A stretch of 64,000 nt of DNA from a bacterium. GTDB lineage: Bacteria > UBA8248. Position 1 is the first letter of the stretch. Each line of letters begins with the position of its first letter. The notes below the pieces were generated by a model. The model was not told the origin of the DNA and made no database searches. It worked only from the letters and a program-made list of their open reading frames with translations. This document shows, in pieces, positions 49,830-58,356 of this stretch. The position numbers and the translations under genes were made by a program. Location: assembly GCA_965219955.1 (NCBI GenBank), contig OZ244799.1, positions 4,064,001 to 4,128,000 of the forward strand, in the 5' to 3' direction.

Positions 49830-50687
49830 ATGCCCGAAAGCCCTCCGCCCAAGCCGGCGACCTGGTTCACCGAGTACCACGGACCCGGCACCGGCCTCAC
49901 GATGAAGGTGCTGCGGACGCTCTATTCGGAGAGGAGCGCGTTTCAGGAGATCACCCTCGTGGAGACCGAGGATTTCGGGCGCGTCCTCCTGCTCGACGGG
50001 ATCATCCAGACCACCGAGCGCGACGAGTTCGTCTACCACGAGATGCTGGTCCACGTGCCCCTGTGTATGCATACCGATCCAAAGAACGTCCTCATCGTCG
50101 GCGGAGGCGACGGCGGCTGCGTACGCGAGGCGCTGCGCCACGAGACGGTGGAGAAAGTGACGCTCGTCGAGATCGACGGGATGGTGGTGGAGTGCTGCCG
50201 CGAGTTCCTGCCGTCCATCGCGGGAGGCCTGAACGACCCCCGCGTGGAGGTGCGGATAGAGGACGGGGTGAAGTTCATTGAGGGCAAAGAAGCAGCCTTC
50301 GACGTCATCCTGGTCGATTCCACGGATCCCGTCGCCATGGCGAATCCGCTCACGCAGGTCTCCTTTTTCCGCGCGGCCAAGCGCGCCCTCAGGCCCGGCG
50401 GCCTCTACGCCGCGCAGACGCAAGGCCCCGTGTTCGAGGGTCACAGGATGCGGCGCATCACGAGGCGCATCCGGCGGGTGTTCCCGGGCGCGGCGACGTA
50501 TCTCGCGAACGTGCCGACCTATCCGGGGGGGATATGGTCTTTCGCGCTCGCGCCCGAATCGAGGAGAACGGACGTCCGCGCGAAGCCGAGGCCGATGCCG
50601 CAGGCTGAGAAGACCCATTACTACTCCCCGGAAGTCCATGAGGCCGCCTTCACGCATCCCCCCTACGTGGCGGAGATTCTCGGCTGA
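49830..50687 (+). CDS. speE: Spermidine synthase (polyamine aminopropyltransferase)
   Basis: LDGIIQTTERDEFVYHEM, VLIVGGGDGG, VEID, DSTDP. Confidence 0.95.
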   Translation: MPESPPPKPATWFTEYHGPGTGLTMKVLRTLYSERSAFQEITLVETEDFGRVLLLDGIIQTTERDEFVYHEMLVHVPLCMHTDPKNVLIVGGGDGGCVREALRHETVEKVTLVEIDGMVVECCREFLPSIAGGLNDPRVEVRIEDGVKFIEGKEAAFDVILVDSTDPVAMANPLTQVSFFRAAKRALRPGGLYAAQTQGPVFEGHRMRRITRRIRRVFPGAATYLANVPTYPGGIWSFALAPESRRTDVRAKPRPMPQAEKTHYYSPEVHEAAFTHPPYVAEILG

Positions 50688-51544
50688 TGGGCGGGGAGGC
50701 CCGCCCGCGTTTTCTCTGCGCCGAAACCCCTTTCGAATCAGCGCGCGTCGTTCTCCTGGGGTGCCCCTTCGATGAGACGGCGAGCTTCCGCCGGGGCGCG
50801 CGTTTTGGGCCTGACGCCATCCGCGAAGCGTCCGATTGCCTCGAAACCTACAGCCCGCATCTGGATAAGGATTTGAGCGACGCCGCCCTGTGCGATATGG
50901 GCGACGTTGATTTTGTGTCCGACGATACGGAATCCGTTCTCGATTCCATCCGCTCCGAAGCTTTAGGGGTATTCCGGGCGGGCAAGCGCCCCATATTCCT
51001 GGGCGGTGAGCATCTGGTGAGCCTGCCCGCCGTGGAGGCGGCGCTGGGCGTCTTCCCCGGTCTTGCCGTATTCCAGTGGGACGCCCACGCGGACTTGCGC
51101 GACGACTACCTCGGCGGGCGCCTCTCGCACGCCTGCGTGATGCGGCGCATCCTGGAGCTTGAGGGCGTCGGGCCGCTCCATCAGTTCGGCGTCCGCTCGG
51201 GTACGCGCGAGGAGTTCGAATGGATGCGCGCGAACGACACCATGCGGCTCTTGAGTCCTGAGGCCGTATCGGCGGCGCTTCAGGAGACGGGCGATAGCGC
51301 CGTATACCTCACCCTCGACGTGGACGTCGTGAACCCCGGCGAGATGCCCGGAACCGGCAGCCCCGAACCCGGCGGCCCGGGGCTTGATGCGCTCATCGAT
51401 TGCATCCGTGTTCTCGACGCCTCGGGCGCGCGCATCATCGGCGCCGACGTGGTGGAACTCGCGCCGGAATGGGATCCCTCGGGTGCCAGCGCCGTCGCCG
51501 CCGCGAAGATAGTCCGAGAATTGACGCTCGTGCTGGGAGCGTGA
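50687..51544 (+). CDS. speB: Agmatinase
   Basis: GARFGP, LGGEH, DAHADL, DVDV, PGTGSPEPGG, DVVEL. Confidence 0.93.
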   Translation: MGGEARPRFLCAETPFESARVVLLGCPFDETASFRRGARFGPDAIREASDCLETYSPHLDKDLSDAALCDMGDVDFVSDDTESVLDSIRSEALGVFRAGKRPIFLGGEHLVSLPAVEAALGVFPGLAVFQWDAHADLRDDYLGGRLSHACVMRRILELEGVGPLHQFGVRSGTREEFEWMRANDTMRLLSPEAVSAALQETGDSAVYLTLDVDVVNPGEMPGTGSPEPGGPGLDALIDCIRVLDASGARIIGADVVELAPEWDPSGASAVAAAKIVRELTLVLGA

Positions 51545-51562
51545 GGGGGCAAATTTTTCCTG

Positions 51563-51658
51563 TTGACGAAGACTCGTAACAGTGGCATAGTTTTTTCACT
51601 ACTCCCCCAGGGGTTTCGACCGCTGGGTGCGGGGCCTCGGACGAGGCCCTGCTTTTTT
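51563..51658 (+). ncRNA. Putative promoter and short structured RNA ending in an intrinsic terminator, directly upstream of the NYN gene
   Basis: TTGACG-17nt-CATAGT; hairpin CCCAG.GGT-TTCG-ACC.CTGGG; hairpin GCGGGGCCTCG-GA-CGAGGCCCTGC followed by T6. Confidence 0.5.
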
Positions 51659-51668
51659 CAGGTAAGAT

Positions 51669-52292
51669 ATGCGGACTTATATCTACGTCGATGGATTCAA
51701 TCTCTACTACCGCTCGCTGAAGCAAACGCCGTTCAAATGGCTCGATCTCTCCGGGCTTTTCCGTGACGTGTTGAAGCCCCACCACGATATCCGCAAAATC
51801 AAATTCTTCACGGCGCGCGTCTCGGCACGACCTAACAATCTATCTGCACCGCAACGCCAGGACACTTATTTGCGAGCGTTAAAACATTATTGCCCGGAGG
51901 TTGAAGCTTATTTCGGGCATTTTCTGACGCATAAGATTCAAGCGCCGCTTGCCGATACCGGCAACAGGCGAAGGCTGGTGAATGTCGTCAGGACCGAGGA
52001 GAAGGGATCGGATGTAAATCTTGCCGTACACCTCCTGAATGATGCGTGGCTGAATGACTATGACTGCGCGGTAGTAGTTACGAACGACAGCGATATCGCC
52101 GAGGGCATGCGTCTCGTGAAAAAGCACAAAAGAAAATGGATTGGACTGGTAACACCCGGAACGAGTCATCCCTCTCGAGAGTTAATGGCCCATGCCGATT
52201 TCTCCCGCCGGATTCAAAAGAGAGCGCTGCGAAAGAATCAGCTTCCGTCCCCGATTCCCGGAACCAACATCACCAAGCCGACCAACTGGTGA
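51669..52292 (+). CDS. NYN (LabA/DUF88, PIN-like) domain ribonuclease
   Basis: YVDGFNLYY, EEKGSDVNLA, VTNDSDI. Confidence 0.9.
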   Translation: MRTYIYVDGFNLYYRSLKQTPFKWLDLSGLFRDVLKPHHDIRKIKFFTARVSARPNNLSAPQRQDTYLRALKHYCPEVEAYFGHFLTHKIQAPLADTGNRRRLVNVVRTEEKGSDVNLAVHLLNDAWLNDYDCAVVVTNDSDIAEGMRLVKKHKRKWIGLVTPGTSHPSRELMAHADFSRRIQKRALRKNQLPSPIPGTNITKPTNW

Positions 52293-52430
52293 ATTCGCTT
52301 GACTCCTGTTGCTGGAACACCCGCCCTGATCGCCGTCGCCGCATGGTCTTTGCTTTTTGTGCCCGGAGATGGGGATGTCTGGGCATCCACCACGGGTTAC
52401 ATGCGTATTCGTATTCAGGTCAGGTGAGGC

Positions 52431-52793
52431 ATGGACAGGCAAGGACATACTGGCTTCTGGGCGCTGGCGCTCCTGTGGCTGCCGGCCGGGATGGTCGCGA
52501 CCGTCATCGTGCGTTTCGGGGCCGAGCCGGCCATTTGGGCGCAGATGCCGATGGCGATGGTGTCGCTTATCCCGGTCGCGCCCTGCGGCCTTCCGCTGGC
52601 GCTGGGGTGCCGGCGGCTGTGGCGGCTGGGCTACCGCCGCGACGCCTGGGTGGCGGGAGTCTTGCTTGGCGTTTTCACTCTGGCGACGACGCTGGTGGGT
52701 GGACTGCTCGGCCCGATAGCCATCGCCCTCTTCGCGGTGGTCTTGAGCCTGCCGGTCTGGGCGGCGTCGTGGTGGCTCGCGCGGCGGGGTTGA
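52431..52793 (+). CDS. Small hypothetical membrane protein
   Basis: About four hydrophobic segments; GAGG RBS; host-like GC. Confidence 0.6.
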   Translation: MDRQGHTGFWALALLWLPAGMVATVIVRFGAEPAIWAQMPMAMVSLIPVAPCGLPLALGCRRLWRLGYRRDAWVAGVLLGVFTLATTLVGGLLGPIAIALFAVVLSLPVWAASWWLARRG

Positions 52794-52837
52794 GGGTGGG
52801 TACCTAAGAGGACAACAAAATACTGGGAAATGATCGA

Positions 52838-53407
52838 ATGGAAAAACGCATAGCTTTGCTTGGTTGGGGTTCTCTCCTTTGGGATAACAATAAGCAATTC
52901 GACGACTGGCATGGGCCTTGGCAAAGTGATGGTCCTACACTCAAAATTGAATTTTCTAGAATTTCTTCGTCCCGATGTGGTGCCCTAACGCTAGTCATAG
53001 ATCCAGACAATGGATTTGCCAATTCAGTATCTTGGGCCCTGAGCTATCGTTCAGAGCTTAGTGATGTCATTCAGGATCTGAAAAAACGAGAAAAAACCAT
53101 TTACAAATACATCGGTAGATTTTCTTTTGGAGGATACGAACATAGTTTAGACAGCAGTTCGCTCTCGGCAATCCGCAGTTGGGCAAATGAGCGTGGGCTG
53201 TATGGAGTCGTGTGGACAGACCTACCTAGTAACTTTGTGAAAGAAACCGGCTATTCCTTCTCAATTCATAATGCTTTGCAACATCTGCAAAGCCTAGATG
53301 ACTGTGCTAGGAAAAAGGCACTTGAATATATTCAAAAAGCTCCAGGTTCTATCCAAACACCGCTTCGTAACGCTATTGCACATCAACTGGAAAGTGGATT
53401 GACATGA
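52838..53407 (+). CDS. Hypothetical protein, gamma-glutamylcyclotransferase-like fold suspected
   Basis: IALLGWGSLLW resembles the GGCT/ChaC FGYGSL motif; EFSRIS, LTLVID; AT-rich single-gene islet. Confidence 0.6.
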   Translation: MEKRIALLGWGSLLWDNNKQFDDWHGPWQSDGPTLKIEFSRISSSRCGALTLVIDPDNGFANSVSWALSYRSELSDVIQDLKKREKTIYKYIGRFSFGGYEHSLDSSSLSAIRSWANERGLYGVVWTDLPSNFVKETGYSFSIHNALQHLQSLDDCARKKALEYIQKAPGSIQTPLRNAIAHQLESGLT

Positions 53408-53428
53408 ATTAAGTTTCTAAGCTCCCCC

Positions 53429-54163
53429 CTAACCCCCCTCCGCCTCGACGGCTTCCGCCATCTCGCCCATCGAGAAGAAGATGAAGTCGGTCGTGGGCAT
53501 GTTCTCGACCTTTTCCGTCGCTCCCCAGCTTCCGCCTTCGGAGAGCCTCTGCCGGTCGATCCAGGCGTTGGCGAGGCCGAAACGGTTCGCGGGCGCGTGG
53601 TCGTGGCGCAGGCTCTGCGCGGTGTGGAGGACGTCGGATTTCTCCAGCCCGAAGTCCGATTTCAGATGCGCGAGGAGGTACTCGAAGTTGGCGTCCGAAG
53701 GCTTGTAGGAGCCGATGTCCTCGGCGGTGTAGACCGCGTCGAACGCGACGCCGAGTTTCCTGTTCGAGGCGGCGAAGCCCTCGCGGTGGACGTTCGAGAG
53801 GATGACGAGCTTGTAGCGCCGCTTCAGGACGCGAAGCGCGTCCGCGGTATCGGGAAACGCCGGCCACAGCGGCACCGATGCGCCGAACGCTTGATCGAGC
53901 GCGCCGCTCGTCTCGAGGCCCAGGCTCTCCGCCATGCTCCGGTGGACTTTTGCGAGGAGGTCGGGATAGCGAAGCCCGGGCGAGGCGTGCTCGTGGTGGG
54001 CCTCCCACTTCGCGAAGGCCAGGAGTGTGGCCTCGCGCGTCACGCCTGAGTCGCCGCCTCCCATGATGAGCGGCTGCAGCGCGTCCCAGATGCCGGTCTC
54101 CCAGTCGATGAGGGTGCCGTAGCAGTCGAACGTCAGTACGCGGTAATCGGTCAGTCGGCCCAT
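53429..54163 (-). CDS. HAD-superfamily hydrolase (haloacid dehalogenase type II-like)
   Basis: LTFDCYGTLIDWE, ILSN, YKP, HTAQSLRHDH. Confidence 0.9.
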   Translation of the reverse strand: MGRLTDYRVLTFDCYGTLIDWETGIWDALQPLIMGGGDSGVTREATLLAFAKWEAHHEHASPGLRYPDLLAKVHRSMAESLGLETSGALDQAFGASVPLWPAFPDTADALRVLKRRYKLVILSNVHREGFAASNRKLGVAFDAVYTAEDIGSYKPSDANFEYLLAHLKSDFGLEKSDVLHTAQSLRHDHAPANRFGLANAWIDRQRLSEGGSWGATEKVENMPTTDFIFFSMGEMAEAVEAEGG

Positions 54164-54306
54164 GGTTCCGGTTTCCTGTGCGGGGGGATTCGGGTCTGCA
54201 CGATCAAAGTTTCTATGGCTGTGAGCGGGGGGTGTCAAGGGCCGCGCCACCAGCGTGAACGACACCCAAGCCGCAACGAAGCCGCGTACCGAAGCACACG
54301 CAACCC

Positions 54307-54441
54307 GTCATTCCGGCGAAAGCCGGAATCCATTCGCCTTTCGTTTTTATACTGTCGTTCCCGGCCCGATCATCGAGAAAAGAGAATGCCGTTATATGCG
54401 CGCCTCGTCTCTTTTTGGATTCCGGCTTTCGCCGGAATGAC
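54307..54441. repeat. Inverted pair of REP-like palindromes
   Basis: GTCATTCCGGCGAAAGCCGGAATCC...GGATTCCGGCTTTCGCCGGAATGAC. Confidence 0.9.
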
Positions 54442-54644
54442 GGCGCGTATCGGGGTTTCATTCAAACCCGGTTTGCATGGCGGAAGGAAATGTTTGTATA
54501 GTATAAATATCTTTGTGATTGATAAGATTGTATACAGTATACTTTATGGACGGCGGTTTTCCTCCGCGAATCGTTGATGGGGTAACCCGCTGATAATCAA
54601 AGTATTTCTGGAGCCGATTCATCATCTTGCGCTTGGAGACGCCC

Positions 54645-55814
54645 ATGGCAGAAGAAAAACCCCGCCAATTCGTTGGCAGCGTGGAATTCAAAAAGGGTCT
54701 CGAGGGGGCCATCACGAACGAGAGCGCCATCAGCTACGTGGATGGGGCGAACGGAAAGCTCATCTACCGCGGATACAGCATCGACGACCTCTGCGCCGGG
54801 GGCGGGGGATACGAGGAAACGGCCTACCTGCTGCTGAACGGGAAGCTGCCCACGCGGAGCGAACTCGACGTCTTCAACGCGGATCTGGCCTTGCGCCGGC
54901 CCATCCCCCAGCCGGTGAAAGACCTGATCGTGCAGATCGCAGGCACGTGCCACCCCATGAGCACGCTGCGCACCGCCGTCTCCATGCTCGGCTGCCTGAA
55001 CCCGAAGGAGTTCGAGGTGACGGTGGAGAACAATTTCGACATCGCCCTCACGCTCACGGCGCAGTTCCCCACCCTCGTGGCCGCCATCCAGCGGGCGCGA
55101 AGGGGCGAGTTCCTCATCGAGCCCGACCCGGCGAAAGGCCTCTCCGAGGATTTCCTGCGCATGATGACGGGCGAGACGCCCGACGCCCGCACCGTGGAGG
55201 TGATGGACATGGCCCTCATCATCCACGCCGAACACGGCATGAACGCCTCCACCTTCTCCTCGATGGTCACGAACAGTTCCCTGACGGATTTCTACAGCTC
55301 CATCGTCGCGGGAATCGGCTCCCTCAAGGGGCCGCTGCACGGAGGTGCGAACGAGGCCACGCTGCGCACGTTCCAGGAGATCGGAGACCCCGCCACGACC
55401 GAGGACTGGTTCGCCGAGGCGAAGACGAAGAAGGTGAAGGTCATGGGCTTCGGCCACCGCGTCTACAAGGCCTACGACCCGAGGGCGCGCCTGTTCGACC
55501 CCATCGCCAGGGAGTTCTCCGAGCGCGCCGGCACGAGCCATCTCTACGAGATCGCGAAAAAGCTCGAAGCCCTCGTGGTGGCGGACCTGGGCGGCAAGGG
55601 CATCTTCCCCAACGTCGATTTCTTCTCGGGCGTCATCTACGACGCCATGGGCATCGACACGGACATGTTCACGCCCATCTTCGCCGTGCCGCGTATCGCC
55701 GGTTGGTCGGCGCGCATTCTGGAGTACCTGCCCGACAACCGGCTGTTCAGGCCCCGCGCGGTCTATATCGGCGACCTGGAATCGCAATACACGCCGATTG
55801 CCGAGCGCGGCTAG
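54645..55814 (+). CDS. Citrate (or 2-methylcitrate) synthase
   Basis: GKLIYRGY, HAEHGMNASTF, LKGPLHGGANE, GFGHRVYKAYDPR, PNVDF. Confidence 0.95.
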   Translation: MAEEKPRQFVGSVEFKKGLEGAITNESAISYVDGANGKLIYRGYSIDDLCAGGGGYEETAYLLLNGKLPTRSELDVFNADLALRRPIPQPVKDLIVQIAGTCHPMSTLRTAVSMLGCLNPKEFEVTVENNFDIALTLTAQFPTLVAAIQRARRGEFLIEPDPAKGLSEDFLRMMTGETPDARTVEVMDMALIIHAEHGMNASTFSSMVTNSSLTDFYSSIVAGIGSLKGPLHGGANEATLRTFQEIGDPATTEDWFAEAKTKKVKVMGFGHRVYKAYDPRARLFDPIAREFSERAGTSHLYEIAKKLEALVVADLGGKGIFPNVDFFSGVIYDAMGIDTDMFTPIFAVPRIAGWSARILEYLPDNRLFRPRAVYIGDLESQYTPIAERG

Positions 55815-55831
55815 ATTTAATAAGCAATCCG

Positions 55832-55864
55832 AAAAGCGGCCTCTCGAACGGGGGCCGCTTTTTT
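55832..55864 (+). terminator. Intrinsic terminator after citrate synthase
   Basis: AAAAGCGGCCTCTC-GAA-CGGGGGCCGC-TTTTTT. Confidence 0.8.
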
Positions 55865-55938
55865 GTATGGGCTTCTTTGTCGAGACCGGTTTTTTCCGAC
55901 GGACTTCTTGAGAAATCTCATATCGAGGAGGCATCCCT

Positions 55939-56364
55939 TTGGCGTTTGAAGACGGCTTCGTGATCGAGACGAAGGGGTTTGCGGATGTTCTGGACATCAC
56001 CCCGCAGGTGGAACAAGTCGTTTCGGCGAGCGGGGTGCAGAGCGGGATCGTCCTCGTCTTCACGCCCGGCTCGACGGCGGGCTTGACGACGATAGAGTAC
56101 GAGCCGGGCGCGGTTTCGGATTTGAAGGACGCTATCGCCCGCATCGCGCCCGAGGGCATCGCCTATGCGCACGATGCGCGCTGGGGGGACGGGAACGGCT
56201 TCTCCCACGTCCGCGCCGCCCTGCTGGGGCCGAGCCTCTCTCTTCCCGTTCGGGGAGGGGCGCTCATCACCGGAACGTGGCAGCAGGTCGTCCTGGTCGA
56301 TTTCGACAACCGCCCGAGGAGCAGGCGGGTGGAAGTGCAGGTGCTGGGGGTCAATCGCGACTGA
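55939..56364 (+). CDS. yjbQ: YjbQ/UPF0047 family protein
   Basis: GSTAGLTTIEYEP, HD..WGDGNGFSHVRAALLGPS, GTWQQV..VDFD. Confidence 0.9.
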   Translation: MAFEDGFVIETKGFADVLDITPQVEQVVSASGVQSGIVLVFTPGSTAGLTTIEYEPGAVSDLKDAIARIAPEGIAYAHDARWGDGNGFSHVRAALLGPSLSLPVRGGALITGTWQQVVLVDFDNRPRSRRVEVQVLGVNRD

Positions 56365-56421
56365 TGAAGGAGCGATTGCATGCGGATCAGAAATCCAACG
56401 ATTTGCAAAGCCTCTCTCCTC

Positions 56422-56843
56422 GGGGCTTGTTGAAAAAGTCCTTGTCGGGGGACAAAGGCAACCCCCCCTACCCCCCCTTGTCAGGGGGGCAAGAAAAAGC
56501 AAAACCCCCTCGGCCCAGAGGGGGCGCATCGCCTTTTTATACCCCCCTGACAAGGGCCTGTTGAAAAAGCCCTCGTCATGGGGGTTGGGGGTTCGGAGGG
56601 AATCATGGTTTTGTAGGGGCCGCATACATGCGGCCCGTCGCAGGGCGGCAAAAAATCAGGGTCGCATATATGCGACCCCTACACACAAACAAATTTCCTC
56701 TCTCCGGGTTCTTCAACTCCCCGCGTAGGGACAACCCTCCGTGGTTGTCCTTCGTTAGGACAGGCACGGAGGCCTGTCCCTACGGTGAATAATTCGATGA
56801 TCGGGGTTCCTTCCCTCCCCAGGGGGGCTTTTTCAACATCCCC
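56422..56843. repeat. Nested composite palindromic repeat elements
   Basis: Two GTTGAAAAA left ends (about 56422, 56555) and two right ends (about 56707, 56843); internal block nearly identical to 46658-46730. Confidence 0.85.
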
Positions 56844-56961
56844 TTCAAGGAGGGAGTGATTCCGTCATATCCTTTTGCACGCGGCACATGGATGACGCGC
56901 GCCCGTCGGCGTAGCGACCGGAAATCGTAATTCTTCATCTAAAGCAACGAAGCATGAAAGC

Positions 56962-57381
56962 CTAGTCGTCGCCTTCGGCGAACTCCTCGAAGGTGTAGAA
57001 CAGCCCGTCGAGCACGCGCGCGGCCTGCTCGTCGACGCCCGGCTTGTCGAGGGGCAGGTCGATGGCGTAGCGGAACACGCCGTCGTGGTAGTGCTCCACC
57101 TTGTGCTCTTCCTCCTCGCCCGCCTCCTCCATGCCGTCGTAGATGAAATCATCTATCGGGTCCTTGCTGTCGAGGATGGCGAGTTCGATGTCCTCGTTCA
57201 TGTAGCGGTCTTTGGTGGCGAAGCTGATGCGGAGCTTGCCCTCGGCCTCGTTCTTTACGAACTCGAACCAGCAGACCTCGTTCATGACGAGCCGGATGGA
57301 GCGGCCCGAAGGGTCGGGTTCGGGCGTGAAGCGGTCATCGGTAGCGTAGCGTTTGATCATGCCTGTGATGATGTCGGCCAA
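56962..57381 (-). CDS. Acidic hypothetical protein
   Basis: Host-like codon usage; TTG start with GGGAGG RBS; no family recognised. Confidence 0.65.
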   Translation of the reverse strand: MADIITGMIKRYATDDRFTPEPDPSGRSIRLVMNEVCWFEFVKNEAEGKLRISFATKDRYMNEDIELAILDSKDPIDDFIYDGMEEAGEEEEHKVEHYHDGVFRYAIDLPLDKPGVDEQAARVLDGLFYTFEEFAEGDD

Positions 57382-57424
57382 AACAGGAGCCTCCCTGCGC
57401 GTGGGTTTTCGAGAGTTTGAGAAT

Positions 57425-57609
57425 GCGGTCTTGCCTCGTTCGGGGGGAAATATAGCTTGGAGTCTTCGTTTCGCCAAGCGGCGCCGGATGTCGGGAAACG
57501 AGAGGCCGGCCTTGCCCCTGCGAGCGCTCGTTGTGGGAAGGTTCGACCCCACCGGCGCGGCAGCGGGCTTCGCGGAACCTCTAACGTCCTCAAGCCGAGC
57601 AAGTGCCCC
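57425..57609 (+). ncRNA. Possible 6S RNA-like rod-shaped RNA
   Basis: Nested pairings CTTGC/GCAAG, CTCG/CGAG, GGAGTC/GGCTTC, GCGCCGG/CCGGCGC, GTCGG/TCGAC and AACGAG/CTCGTT around an unpaired central bubble; G-U pairs favour the + strand. Confidence 0.4.
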
Positions 57610-57613
57610 AAAC

Positions 57614-58254
57614 CCTCATCCTGAGTAGGCGCGCAAGCGCCGTATCGAAGGATGGGGGCGCATCTCTCCGGAAGGCGCGAACTTCGCCCTTCGACAGGCT
57701 CAGGACAGGCCCCTTCGATACGCGGCTTCGCCGCTACTCAGGGTGAGGCGGAGTGGCGGGCGGCGCGTGGTGAGGAACAGACAGGTTGCGCGGGACGATG
57801 CGGTGGAGGTTTAAACCTGACGGATGCGGGACTGCCGAAAAAGCCCCCTCCCCAGGGGATAAAGGCAACCCCCCCTACCCCCCTTGTCGGGACTGTTGAA
57901 AAAGACACCCTTGGTCGGAATTGACCACCGCCGTCATTCCGGCGAAAGCCGGAATCCATTTTGATTTTTTACCGGGCGGGGTGGTCACGACCTTGTTGTC
58001 GCGCGGCGTCGGGATGCGGAATTCAGAGAATTCGCCTTTTGTGTTCGGTTCCGCTCCCACCCGCCCGGGGGTAAAAACGCCCGAACGAGGAGGCGGAAAG
58101 GCAAAGGCGAAAATGGATTCCGGCTTTCGCCGGAATGACGAACAAAACCGCACAGCTTCTTGTAGGGACAGGTCGCGACCTTGTCCCTACGAACCCTTCT
58201 CACCGGTCGGCTCTATGCCCCGAATCACGAAGTCAGGAATTTTTCAACAACCCC
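57614..58254. repeat. Mosaic of palindromic repeat modules and a composite element
   Basis: CCTCATCCTGAG..TCGAAGG pair, CCCCCTACCCCC module, GTTGAAAAA (about 57890) to TTTTTCAACAACCCC (58254) with an internal REP pair. Confidence 0.85.
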
Positions 58255-58283
58255 GATATGAGAAGGATTTACTCCGCTTGTGG

Positions 58284-58334
58284 AAAAACAAAGGGGGTGA
58301 GCGGCGCGCGTTTCGGCCGCCGCCGCTCACCCCC
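58284..58334 (-). terminator. Intrinsic terminator of the tct operon
   Basis: GGGGGTGAGCGGCG / CGCCGCTCACCCCC stem followed on the minus strand by TTTGTTTTT. Confidence 0.75.
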
Positions 58335-58356
58335 GATAATGCCTGGTCCTGTAAAC

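Noticed and set aside
6564-58254. CRISPR array
   Set aside because: The repeats are dispersed, palindromic and in inverted pairs, not tandem direct repeats with unique spacers; no cas genes are seen
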